From Octopus vulgaris (lineage: Eukaryota): a DNA stretch of 64,000 bases. The first letter of the stretch is position 1. Each line of letters begins with the position of its first letter. The notes beneath the pieces are model-generated. The model made no database searches, was not told the origin of the DNA, and saw nothing but the letters and a program-made list of their open reading frames with translations. The stretch covers positions 26,412,001-26,476,000 of the forward strand of contig OX597827.1 in the NCBI GenBank assembly GCA_951406725.2. The letters are read 5' to 3'. Made by a program: the position numbers and the translations under genes. Of the stretch, positions 53,119 to 64,000 are shown piece after piece.

Positions 53119-53559
53119 ATGTGTGTGTGTGTGATTGTGTGTGTGTGTGTGTGTGTGAGTGTGTGTGTGTGTGTGTATATGTGCGTGTTTATGTATATGT
53201 ATATATATACATGGTCGACCGGTTGTGCTAATCATGACTTTATGACGTGACTGATAATGTTACAATTTCACGCTATCATAAGATGTTTTTATTCGATGTC
53301 AGTAGAAGGAAGGGTATTTTGTAAATGAATCAAGCGACAAATAAATTTTAGGGGACTTAATTCACACATACACGACATGTATGTCCACACATAATACGAC
53401 AGATATTGCGATCGTTTTTAGTATATTCGTGCCATTTTTTGTGTACCCTGATCTAACGAATAAATTCATATCTCGATTCACATTGGAAGCATTAAAAATA
53501 TTCCCATTCATTTTGTATAGAAAACAGTGAAGTCAAATCAGCTATATTCACGCGCGCCC

Positions 53560-53607
<48 letters not shown>

Positions 53608-54490
53608 TTACACACACATGCGCGCAATTTCTGCGTGTCTTTCTGATATTACTTTCTGACATTACTTTATGATAGATCTTCTTCAATGAACTTACCAATA
53701 AGAATAAAAGATATTGGTTCAACCAAGGCTGTTCACACGATGTTTTTGTGTGTCCGAAGAAGTCATAATCGAGAGAAATATTTGGAATTTTATTAGATTT
53801 TCGTTGAATATAAAGAAAATATTCTGTGAAAGAGAATACGCTGGGTTAAGCAATACTAATTGTAACTGGCAACGTTAGTTTAGAAACAGCTGTACGCGTT
53901 TTCTGTAAATAAACCTAGGCTACCTGTGAATTCTACCATTCTTCCTTTCTTTCTTTTAATCAGTTACACACACAGAAATACAAGTAATATCTCTACTCTG
54001 TTAAACTATCAAGTAGGAGAAGTTTAAAAGACGGCTATTTTACTCGCAGACGCGTTATTTTCAATCGTTCTAAAGAAATAGCCTGAAGATAGAAGGCGGT
54101 ACAACATAATTCATTGATATAGCACCTAACTTTACGTTAAAAAGCATATGTTCTTACCGATCAAATATTGGCATGAGAAATCTGTTTTGACTCGTGTATG
54201 ATTATGTGTGTGTGCTTGTGGTGTGTGTGTGTGCGTGTATGTGAGTGTATGTGTGTGGTTGGGTGTGTGTCTGTGCGTGTGTGAAGTGAGGAATTCCTGC
54301 AGATATGCAAGCGAGAAATCAAAGAATCGTGTTGTTAAGATGCCGTCTGCAACATCAAGAGCTCGTCGACTAGCTTGCTACATCAGACCGTATACTTCGA
54401 TTCTGTATTGATTATCACTATTGCCTGTGAACTTGCAGTGACCTCAACATGTTCGAGATGAACGTGTTTTTCGAACAACAGCTGGACAAG

Positions 54491-54571
<81 letters not shown>

Positions 54572-54854
54572 ATATATATAAAGTAGTCTAGTTGTTTATA
54601 TCCTGTATCTCCAGCTAGATATTTATCCATTGTTCAACTGAAAACATCGAAGAACGAACTAATGGAATGTAAAAGAAACACCATACACAGCTCAGACAAA
54701 AACACACACAAAAAAAGCAACTCACATACAAAAAGCAAGTAAATAAATATAATGTATAAATGTTCATATTTTGATGTAGAATATTACTCTATTTTTGTCT
54801 CGCCTCTTATTGTTATCATGTCTCATATATCTGAGTGGATTATTCTATAATTCT

Positions 54855-55470
54855 ATTACTTGTTTCTCCTCACTGGACTTCGGCCATGCTGGAGCACTGT
54901 CTTGTTGGATTCGATGAACAAAGCAGTGTTTATTTGAAGTCTGACAGTTATTCTATCGACTGTTTTGCCGAATGGGACGTAAACAAACAAACACTGGATA
55001 TCAAGTGGTAGGGAAACAACCACAATGACGCAGAGATGAACACACACAAACGTATAGATCACGTGCTACACACCCCTTCAAGCTCTGCAGTAAACAGCGG
55101 AAGTGAGCTAGAACGTTGAAATTTAGCGCGCATGTACAGCATAGTTCAAGGTGAATCTCTGCTAAGTGGCTTCACTCTCCGTACTTTAACTTTGCTACTA
55201 CGGTAACAGTCCGGATACTTCTTGATCAGACTTTGTACATACATCATTGTGTGTATGCGTAGTGTGTGTGTGTATGCGTAGTGTGTGTGAGTGTGTGTCT
55301 GTGTGTATGTGTGTAAGACAGGATTCTAAGACATAGATTATACCACCCGGATTCACTGAGATGGCATCAGCTGATCAGAGGTTATGATAGAAGACATTTA
55401 CCCAAGACGATACGCTACGGGACTGAACGCGGACCCATATAGTTGGGAAGCAAAACCTTTAACCACATGA
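54855..55470 (-). mobile_element. Fragmented family B SINE
   Basis: Tail CGGCCATGCTGGAGCAC and TTTTGCCGAA at 54880-54975; head GGGACTGAAC...GGGAAGCAA...AACCAC at 55418-55467. Confidence 0.65.
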
Positions 55471-55907
55471 CCATCATTGCATTTTCGCCTGAGGTTGTTC
55501 TTTATTTGTGAACACACGCGCCATAAAAAAAAGACACGCATTGAACAGAACAATAAACAAAATACCTGATAATGAAACAGCAAAGATGAACGAACAGCAG
55601 GAAGTTGATCGTTTGATATGCTAGAAATAGTAAAGAAAAAGAAATTCGCTCAAACCTCATCCCTAGTAACCGCCGTAGAGAAAAAGGTGCATTCAATAAT
55701 GTAGTTCTAGAGGCACCATTTCTGAGAATTCGATAAGAGGACAATGAATGGAAGGTTCTTAGTTTATATAGGTTTGCTAACTCTAAGCTGACTTAGGAAT
55801 AAACTCTGCATTTAGTGATCAACCGCACATTGGAGTGGAGCTTTGCTTTCTCCATTTTTAACATGTCTCCTTGGGAACAATTCTGAGACGAAATATTACA
55901 GTTTGAA

Positions 55908-56820
55908 AGGCGGCGTTCAGAGTTCAAATTCCGCCGAGGTCGACTTTGCCTTTCATCCTTTCAGGGTCGATTAAATAAATACCAGTTACGCACTGGGGTC
56001 GATGTAATCAACTTAATCCCTTCGTCTGTCCTTCTTTGTCTCCTCTATGCTTAGCCCCTTGTGGATAATAACGAAATAAATATATTACAGTTGGAAAGGA
56101 AGCGAGCTAGCAGATCTAGTCGACTGCCCCCACTCCCAAAAAATTTCAGGATTTGAGCCTAGAGTAGAAAAGAATATATTACAGTTTTAAGGGGCGAGCT
56201 GGCAGAAACATTAGCACACCGGGCGAAATGCATAGCAGTATTTCGTCTGTCTTTACGTTCTGAGTTCATATTCCGCCGAGGTCGACTTTGCCTTTCATCC
56301 TTTTGGGGTCGATAAATTAAGTACCAGTTGCGTACTGGAATCGATCTAATCGACGGCTCCCATCTCAAAAAAATTTCGGGGTTTTTGCCTAGAATAGAAA
56401 AGAATATATAGCAGTTTTAAAGAGGGGAGCTAGCAGAAACGTTACCACACCGGGTGGTATGCTTAGCGGTATTTCGTCTGCCGCTACGTTCTGAGTTCAA
56501 ATTCCGCCGAGGTCGACTTTGCCTTTCATCCTTTCGGGGTCGATTAAATAAGTACCAGTTACGCACTTGTGTCGATGTAATCGACTTAATCCGTATTGCC
56601 TGTCCTTGTTTGTCCCCTCTGTGTTTAAGCCCCTTGTGGGTAGTAAAGAAATAGGTATTTAGTCTGCCGCTACGTTCTGTGTTCAAATTCCGCCGTGGTC
56701 GACTTTGCCTTTCATCCTTTCGGGGTCGATAAATTGAGTACCAGTTGCGTACAGGAATCGATCTAATCGACTGCCCACCCCCCCAAAAAGTTTCGGGCTT
56801 TGTGCCTAGAGTAGAAAAGA
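55908..56820 (+). mobile_element. Cluster of 4-5 family A SINE units separated by a recurring AATATATTACAGTT-like spacer
   Basis: Units at ~55908, ~56098, ~56191, ~56422 and ~56654; spacer variants at ~55892, 56079, 56173, 56403 and 56819. Confidence 0.88.
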
Positions 56821-56845
56821 ATATATCACAGTTCCACATGGCTAT

Positions 56846-57519
56846 ATATATGATGTGCCATACTAATACATACACCAATTAATACATACTAATACGTACT
56901 AATACATACTAATACATACTAATACATACACCAACCCTATACATACACACGTCCAGACCCCGCATACGCACTTATACTCTCTCATACACACACACACTTA
57001 TACATACTAATACGTACTAATACATACTAATACATACTAATACATACTAATACATACTAATACATACACCAACCCCATACATACGCACGTCCAGACCAAT
57101 CCTACGCACTAATACTCTCTCATACACACACACACACACACACACACACCCTTATACATACTAATACATACACCAACCCTATACATACACACGTCCAGAC
57201 CCCTCCTACGCACTATTAGCTGGTCCTTCAACCCTATTATCTCCCCTTATTTCGCTCTCGCGTCTCATGTTTGATCTTTGACCTCTGGCCGAAATCAGAT
57301 CGCCATGTTGATTCGTTAGCTACTGCACGCATTTTTTTTCTCTCCTTCTTTCTGTGTTTTTTTTTCTCTCTGTGTATCTTTCTGTTGAAGAGCGTAGGCT
57401 CGAAACGTTAAAGACTTGTTTTATTTATATTTCCTGAGCGCCATACTAATACAATTGTTCGTTTGTTTTCCACCTGCCTTCGTCTTTTGTCTATTTTCAT
57501 AAAGCTTCCCGTTATATAT
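56846..57519 (+). repeat. Left pseudo-LTR (CATACTAATA minisatellite, three ~120-bp subunits, hammerhead-like motif at 57377-57414)
   Basis: Matches 61430-62078 except for repeat-count and homopolymer differences. Confidence 0.93.
57377..57414 (+). ncRNA. Minimal hammerhead-like motif in the left pLTR
   Basis: TCTTT-CTGTTGA-A-GAGC-GTAG-GCTC-GAAA-CG-TT-AAAGA, with palindromic AACGTT in place of stem III; PLE pLTRs are known to carry minimal hammerheads. Confidence 0.7.
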
Positions 57520-58172
57520 TATGCGCTCACGTGGTCTCACTTTCATCCTATATTCTACCAATACCACTATCAACACTTACCTCTACCTTGGATTTTCTTT
57601 ACCTCTTGGATACTTACCATTGGCTGCACCTCTCTTTCGCGGATCAAAGTGACTTTGCATTGATGTGAAATCCTTAAAAAATATACCACGACGTCTACAC
57701 ATTTCTCACCTTGAACTTTCAACCTTGAACTTGTTCGCATAAACTGTCCCGTTTGTTGTATTTTTATTTTCTCTTATATTACCACTTTTTTTACATTCAT
57801 TTCATGCTTTCCACATTTTCCTGCATATTTATTCTCCTTTCCGTCTTTCTTCCCTCTCTGGATGTCCATACTCCGTTTCCTCTGCCTGCACCCCCCTTTT
57901 TTTGCCTCCCCCTCTCTCTGCTTCCCTTCTTTCTTTCCCTTTTCCGTTTGCCCCGTCTTTTCTGCCCCTATCGCTTACTTATCTAGTTTTTTCATACGAT
58001 TATTATTTTTTTATTTTTTTATTATTTTTTAAATTTTTTTATTTTATTATTTTTTTAATTTTTTGTTTTTTTGAACGTTTGTTTATTCCCCTTTTTTCGC
58101 TTTCCTTTTTTTTTTCATACGATAATTTTTGTTTTTTTGTTTTTTCGAACGTTTTTTTTCCGCTATCCCATC

Positions 58173-59627
58173 ATGCCGGATCCTAGGTCCTACCTCCTCA
58201 CCCTCCATCACCGTTTGAAGGATCATCTCCGTTCTCTTCCTGTATATTGCCTTCAGCCGTCCGTTAATCTCTCTCTACTTCTTTTTAAAAAAACCCGCTT
58301 CTCTAGCCATGTCTCTTTCCTAAGCCGCTGCCTACATCACCGACTCATCCCTAAAGGTTTCCACCTCCACTTCCAACCTGCTCTCCACTCGGATTCTTCC
58401 ATCTTACCCATACTCCGCACCACATCTTACCGCCTTATGCGGGCCACCATTCGCTCCAATCTCTCCAAACTACATGCCATCAACCGCCTTCTTCCTCCTG
58501 CTTTCTCCACCTTCTTCTCCTCTCTGCCGCCTCTCTATGCTCCAAACACGCTACGCTTCATTATCCATTTGAATCAACTCTTCCATCAATTTCTTTCTGA
58601 TACCAAACTTCGTAAACTCCAATCACTCTTCCATTCCACCCTACCCGACGCCACTACCCCAACTCCTCCACCACCCTTCTCCCCTCCCGATAGGCTCCAT
58701 CCACCCACACCTAACCCCACTGCCCCTCCCTACAACCCCTTCTCCCCTCCCGATAGGCTCCATCCACCTACACCTAACCCTACTGCCCCGCCCAACCACC
58801 CCCCACACACCTCCCCAATCCCTCCCCCTCAGACCTCCACGAGACCTACCACCCCTCCTACTTCTATTCCACCCACCCCTTCTCCACTTCCGTCTGTTGT
58901 TACCATTCCCCCCGATCTTCCCCTCTCTGCGGCTGAACGCTCCGTCCTTGGTAGGGGTCTGCGTTTCATCCCCCTCACTCCATCCTGTAAGGAATTCCAG
59001 ACGCGAGTTGATGTCCACAGCTTTGTGCGCCGTGTCCGGTTGGGTGCGCATTACCACGACTCGCCACCCACACCCAACGAAGAGGACTGCTTCACTGGCC
59101 TGGGCCGCCGACCATCCCCGTGGACGCCTGCCCCTGGCCAGATCCTAGCAGTGGATCTTTTCGCGGGCGCTTGTCAGCGTGCATTGGAGCGGTTCAACTT
59201 CTCCAGGCGCCAACGCCGCCTCAACATCTCCCCGGCTGAGCTCTTGGCTCTTCGTTCCCTCCAACGGCGCGCTGACATTATCATCAAACCGGCTGACAAG
59301 GGTGGAGCTGTAGTGGTGTGGCGCGCGGACCTCTATAGGGCCGAGGCTTTCCGCCAACTCAATGACACCTCCTTCTATTCCCCTCTGCCCTCTAACCCCA
59401 CACGTAGCTACCAACAGACGGTATCCTCTACTGTCCACGACCTCATCTCGTCCTCCCGTCTCCCCCGCACCGCATCCAACCTAATTGTGCGAACCCCACG
59501 TACCCCCACCATTTACTTCCTCCCCAAAATCCACAAACCCAACAACCCTGGCCGCCCCATCGTCTCCGCCTGTAACTGCCCCACGGAGCTCATCTCTAAA
59601 TACCTTGACCGTGTCCTTGCCCCCTAG
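58173..59627 (+). CDS. PLE ORF, N-terminal part (N-terminal domain, Pro-rich linker, start of RT)
   Basis: First ATG at 58173 (MPDPRS); SHVSFLSRCLHHRLIPKGF, LSAAERSVLGRGLRFIP, IIIKPADKGGAVVVW, IYFLPKIHKPNNPGRPIVS. It ends at a TAG created by a C5 run where C6 would continue into the next frame. Confidence 0.88.
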   Translation: MPDPRSYLLTLHHRLKDHLRSLPVYCLQPSVNLSLLLFKKTRFSSHVSFLSRCLHHRLIPKGFHLHFQPALHSDSSILPILRTTSYRLMRATIRSNLSKLHAINRLLPPAFSTFFSSLPPLYAPNTLRFIIHLNQLFHQFLSDTKLRKLQSLFHSTLPDATTPTPPPPFSPPDRLHPPTPNPTAPPYNPFSPPDRLHPPTPNPTAPPNHPPHTSPIPPPQTSTRPTTPPTSIPPTPSPLPSVVTIPPDLPLSAAERSVLGRGLRFIPLTPSCKEFQTRVDVHSFVRRVRLGAHYHDSPPTPNEEDCFTGLGRRPSPWTPAPGQILAVDLFAGACQRALERFNFSRRQRRLNISPAELLALRSLQRRADIIIKPADKGGAVVVWRADLYRAEAFRQLNDTSFYSPLPSNPTRSYQQTVSSTVHDLISSSRLPRTASNLIVRTPRTPTIYFLPKIHKPNNPGRPIVSACNCPTELISKYLDRVLAP

Positions 59628-61450
59628 TGGCATCTCTTCCCTCCCACATCCACGATACCAACCATGCTCTCCGGCTTTTCAACTCTTTCTCCTTTCCTCC
59701 CGGCTCCTCCAAAATCCTTTTTACTATGGACATCCAAAGCCTCTATACTGTTATCCCTCACCACGAAGGACTGCAGGCCCTTCGACACTTTCTTGACCTC
59801 CGCTCTAACCCTGTACCTGACACCTCCACACTCATTCGTCTGGCCGAACTTGTCCTTACTCTGAACTGCTTCTCGTTCGCGGGCGAGTTCTACCATCAGG
59901 TCTCGGGAGTGGCCATGGGAACGCGAATGGGCCCCAACTATGCGAACCTGTTCGTTGGCTATGTTGAGGCCCAAATATTCTCTAATTTCACTGGTCCCAC
60001 TCCTGAACTATATGGTCGTTACATTGACGACATTATCGGTGCCACCTCACTCTCCCGCGAACATCTAGATTCCTTCCTCTCTTTCGTCCAATCTTTCCAT
60101 CCAGCCCTCCACTTCACTTCCACTATCTCCAACACCTCTGTCTCCTTCCTCGACATTTCGGTTAGCATTCTTCACTCCACTCTTACCACCTCCATTCACT
60201 ACAAACACACAGACTCACACTCCTACCTCAACTTCTCTTCCTCCCACCCAGAACACACCAAGCTTTCCATCCCCTATTCCCAATTCCTCCGTCTACGTAG
60301 GCTCTGTAGTGACGACCATGACTTTGAGACTCAGTCTCAACGTATGGCTCACCACTTCACCCTACGTGGATACCCCCTCACCACTATCCACACCGCCCTT
60401 GCCAGAGCACGGTCCGTGGACCGTGTATCTGCTCTCTCTCCCCGAACCCGCCCTGTAGTCTCCCGCCTCCCTTTTCCCCTCACTTACCACCCCACGACCC
60501 TACGTCTCCAACGCACCATTCTTCGAGCTTTCCGTCATCTCCAGTCCGACCCGTCCACTTCACACCTCTTCCCTAACCGACCCCTCCCCTCTTTCAAACG
60601 AGCCCACAACCTTCGAGACCTTTTGGTCCATAGCTCCTTCCCTGACCCTACCTCCCAACCCGGCTCGTTCCCCTGCTCCCGCCCACGTTGCCGCACTTGC
60701 CCTTACCTCTCCAATACCACCCGCCTCACTAGCACCCACCATCGACCCTATCCCATCATCCACTCCTTCACCTGCACCTCCAGCAATATTATCTATTGCA
60801 TCTCTTGCTCTCTCTGCAATTCCTTGTACATCGGACAAACGGGACGCCGCTTGGCTGACCGGTTCGCGGAACACCTTCGTGACATCCACCTTGCGAACGA
60901 CACACCGGTCTCACGCCATTTCCACTCCACCGGTCACTCCTTGCAACACCTATCTGTGTTCGGTTTGTCCTTACACAGAGGCCATCCGGATTCCCGTTTG
61001 CGCCGTGAACAGGAATTAATCTTCTCTCTTCGCTCTTATACGCCATTTGGTCTCAACTCTCCCCCCTCCTCATCTAACCCCCTCTCCCCCTCCTCACCTA
61101 TCCTTTCCCCCCGACCCCTACTTCTTCAGTCCTTCATCCTTTCACCCCTACTCCCCTTCCCTTCTTCCCTCTTTCTCCCTCTCTCCTTCCCTCTTCCCTT
61201 TCCCTCTGCTCCCTCACTCCCTCTCTCCCCCTCTCCCCCTCTCCCCCTCTCCCTCTTTCCTCCTTCCTCCCTCTCCTCCCCTTCCTTCTCCCCCTCCTCT
61301 CTCTTCCCCATCCTCTCCTCTTCCCCACTCTCCTCCCCCTCCCCTTCTCCCCCCCTTCTCCCCCTTCTCCCCCTCTTCTCCCCCTCCCCTCTTCTCCTCA
61401 CTACACCACACGACGTTACACATCACATCATATATGATGTGCCATACTAA
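59627..61450 (+). CDS. PLE ORF, C-terminal part (RT core, Cys linker, GIY-YIG endonuclease)
   Basis: LFTMDIQSLYTVIP, QVSGVAMGTRMGPNYANLF, YGRYIDDI, SFLDI, IPYSQFLRLRRLCS, PCSRPRCRTC, FTCTSSNIIYCISCSLCNSLYIGQTGRRLADRFAEH, PFGLN. The tail after ~61060 is probably CT-rich 3' UTR read through. Confidence 0.92.
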   Translation: MASLPSHIHDTNHALRLFNSFSFPPGSSKILFTMDIQSLYTVIPHHEGLQALRHFLDLRSNPVPDTSTLIRLAELVLTLNCFSFAGEFYHQVSGVAMGTRMGPNYANLFVGYVEAQIFSNFTGPTPELYGRYIDDIIGATSLSREHLDSFLSFVQSFHPALHFTSTISNTSVSFLDISVSILHSTLTTSIHYKHTDSHSYLNFSSSHPEHTKLSIPYSQFLRLRRLCSDDHDFETQSQRMAHHFTLRGYPLTTIHTALARARSVDRVSALSPRTRPVVSRLPFPLTYHPTTLRLQRTILRAFRHLQSDPSTSHLFPNRPLPSFKRAHNLRDLLVHSSFPDPTSQPGSFPCSRPRCRTCPYLSNTTRLTSTHHRPYPIIHSFTCTSSNIIYCISCSLCNSLYIGQTGRRLADRFAEHLRDIHLANDTPVSRHFHSTGHSLQHLSVFGLSLHRGHPDSRLRREQELIFSLRSYTPFGLNSPPSSSNPLSPSSPILSPRPLLLQSFILSPLLPFPSSLFLPLSFPLPFPSAPSLPLSPSPPLPLSLFPPSSLSSPSFSPSSLFPILSSSPLSSPSPSPPLLPLLPLFSPSPLLLTTPHDVTHHIIYDVPY

Positions 61451-62070
61451 TACATACACCAATTAATACATACTAATACGTACTAATACATACTAATACA
61501 TACTAATACATACACCAACCCTATACATACACACGTCCAGACCCCGCATACGCACTTATACTCTCTCATACACACACACACACACTTATACATACTAATA
61601 CGTACTAATACATACTAATACATACTAATACATACACCAACCCCATACATACGCACGTCCAGACCAATCCTACGCACTAATACTCTCTCATACACACACA
61701 CACACACACACCCTTATACATACTAATACATACACCAACCCTATACATACACACGTCCAGACCCCTCCTACGCACTATTAGCTGGTCCTTCAACCCTATT
61801 ATCTCCCCTTATTTCGCTCTCGCGTCTCATGTTTGATCTTTGACCTCTGGCCGAAATCAGATCGCCATGTTGATTCGTTAGCTACTGCACGCATTTTTTT
61901 CTCTCCTTCTTTCTGTGTTTTTTTCTCTCTGTGTATCTTTCTGTTGAAGAGCGTAGGCTCGAAACGTTAAAGACTTGTTTTATTTATATTTCCTGAGCGC
62001 CATACTAATACAATTGTTCGTTTGTTTTCCACCTGCCTTCGTCTTTTGTCTATTTTCATAAAGCTTCCCG

Positions 62071-62078
<8 letters not shown>
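61430..62078 (+). repeat. Right pseudo-LTR (hammerhead-like motif at 61936-61973)
   Basis: Direct repeat of 56846-57519; runs into (TA)n. Confidence 0.93.
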
Positions 62079-62106
<28 letters not shown>

Positions 62107-62739
62107 GTATATTATTCTTCAGGTTCTTTCTATAAATATTCTATAGAAACTATAGCCAGCGCTGATTTTTTGCTATAACGATTCGTATCGAGACGTCAGA
62201 TATAGACATACAAGGAAATTGGAGCCGAAAATGGATAATGAGATTATATGCCATATTTCGGGGGTTGTTGCCCCTTCATTAGCACCCATCTCAAACACTT
62301 CTGTCTTCGAACACATTGCTTGTACAGCCACCAAATACAGCAGTGTTAAGTTACTGGATATAACAATTTACATATTAGACGCATTCCTCGAACTGGGATC
62401 TGGTATGTAAATATTTTACGTACGTGACACTTCGGTATGCAAACACAACATACTATGAAGTACACTAAATGTTTTTATAAGTGCACAGCAAATTAATAGA
62501 TACATGACCATTATTTATGCGTGTCTTGTATATCACTCTGTGTGAAAACCCGTATAACTGGAGCTACACCTTTGATTTACAATATTCAAAGGTGGTGAAC
62601 TATAACCTCACAATCTGCCTCAACAATATCCGTAGTTCTTTACTAATATAAACAATACTGTCAGTCTGGTGTACTAATAAAGAGTTTTAAAGTAGTTTGC
62701 CAGGATTGATAATCCCTCACTATGTATATAAATGCAGCT

Positions 62740-62865
62740 ACTCACGTGTTGTTGCTGACTTTTTTTCCTTCTTGCATCCTTTTGCTCTTGGACGAAGTGC
62801 TATGCTCGAAACGTCAAAAGCTCTTTCACCTTACTGAGCGTCGAACTGATACATTCCGGTTGATG
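62740..62865 (+). mobile_element. Old pLTR-related fragment with a degenerate hammerhead-like motif (62783-62821)
   Basis: GCTCTT-GGACGA-A-GTGC-TAT-GCTC-GAAA-CG-TC-AAAAGC followed by CTGAGCG...CTGATAC. Confidence 0.6.
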
Positions 62866-62995
62866 CTTGTTATTGTTATTTTTAATCTTTAATGTTTATT
62901 TATTCGATTTGTCTGTATATATATATATATATATATATGCATACAAGCGCGCGCACACCAGTGCATATATATGTGTACTTATATATTTCAATTCA

Positions 62996-63077
<82 letters not shown>

Positions 63078-63301
63078 ATTGTATGCGTGTGTATATATAT
63101 ATACGTATGCAAACATATCTAAATATATATAAATATAAATTACTTTGTAGCTGCAGCAGCAGTTGTAGTAGTAGTTGTTATTGTAGTTACAGCTGCAGTA
63201 TTTAATCTACACACTGGTTGGTTGTATATATGTGTGTGTGTGATACAGTGTGCATTATTGTAACTGCAGAGAATGTGCATAGATAAAACGGAGAGCAGGA
63301 A

Positions 63302-63375
<74 letters not shown>

Positions 63376-63468
63376 TATTGTGTTACATACAATTTTTAAT
63401 CTTCGGATTTTTTCAATATGCTAAGACACTGGTTTTAATTGATTAATATCAATTTCTACCCTTATTTA

Positions 63469-63513
<45 letters not shown>

Positions 63514-63771
63514 TGCATACATACATATATAAGGCATATACATACATAGACACATGTATATGATATATATATATGCATATATGTGTGTTTATATGAGAGA
63601 GAGAGTGAGTACGTGAAGGTGAGAGAATGGAGACAGAGATTGTATTTACATACCTACATATCTGATAAGAACGACGATGATGATAATGACAATCTTGCCC
63701 AGGTATTTTCAATGAATTCTCCGTCTCTCCTCCTTCCCTGTTTGTCTGTGCGCCTGTCTTTCTCTCACTCA

Positions 63772-63809
<38 letters not shown>

Positions 63810-64000
63810 TTGTTTCTCCCTCTCATTTAATAACGAACATAAATAGATAAATGTAATCGCATTTGTTTAAAAACGAATTGAATGTTTTGAAACTGTGCCT
63901 GACTCATTGAAAAGGTCATTCGTACTCTTAAAATGAACGTGAATCGTTCTGCTTCTCTCTCTCTCTCGCTCTCTTTTTTTTATTTCTTTTGTCTGTACAA

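Larger units (their letters stand above)
56846..62078 (+). mobile_element. Near-intact Penelope-like retroelement (Neptune-like) with direct pseudo-LTRs, inserted at (TA)n
   Basis: RT + GIY-YIG coding region flanked by near-identical direct repeats 56846-57519 and 61430-62078; short TATATATA on the left and a long (TA)n on the right. Confidence 0.95.

Noticed and set aside
56860-57210. Regular CATACTAATA repeats with spacer-like blocks
   Set aside because: The intervening blocks are themselves repeated; this is a pLTR minisatellite in a eukaryotic retroelement, not a CRISPR array.
59625-59627. Stop between the two PLE ORFs as a readthrough or selenocysteine site
   Set aside because: It is TAG, and the downstream RT is in a different frame, so readthrough would not join them.

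Overview
AT-rich, microsatellite-dense metazoan DNA with no credible host gene. The SINE families and repeat landscape look like an octopus (cephalopod) genome, but that is recognition from memory and unverified. Nearly all ORFs in the track are translations of simple repeats. The real content is transposable elements: (1) a near-intact ~5.2 kb Penelope-like element (PLE; RT + GIY-YIG, Neptune-like) with ~650-670 bp direct pseudo-LTRs at 56846-62078; (2) an older relic of a different PLE type at 50.1-51.7 kb; (3) a 5'-truncated Tx1/L1-type LINE in (GATA)n; (4) a Dong/R4-type 3' fragment in (TAA)n; (5) an RTE relic; (6) mariner, Tc1/DD37D-derived and possible piggyBac relics; (7) three tRNA-derived SINE families. 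The most interesting signal is about 16 hammerhead-ribozyme-like motifs from several sequence families. They lie in the pseudo-LTRs and in short non-coding elements, mostly beside (TA)n, and several sit in inverted or circularly permuted structures; in one case the inverted copy starts at the predicted cleavage site. One SINE family also shares its 3' tail with the Tx1-type LINE in the same window.
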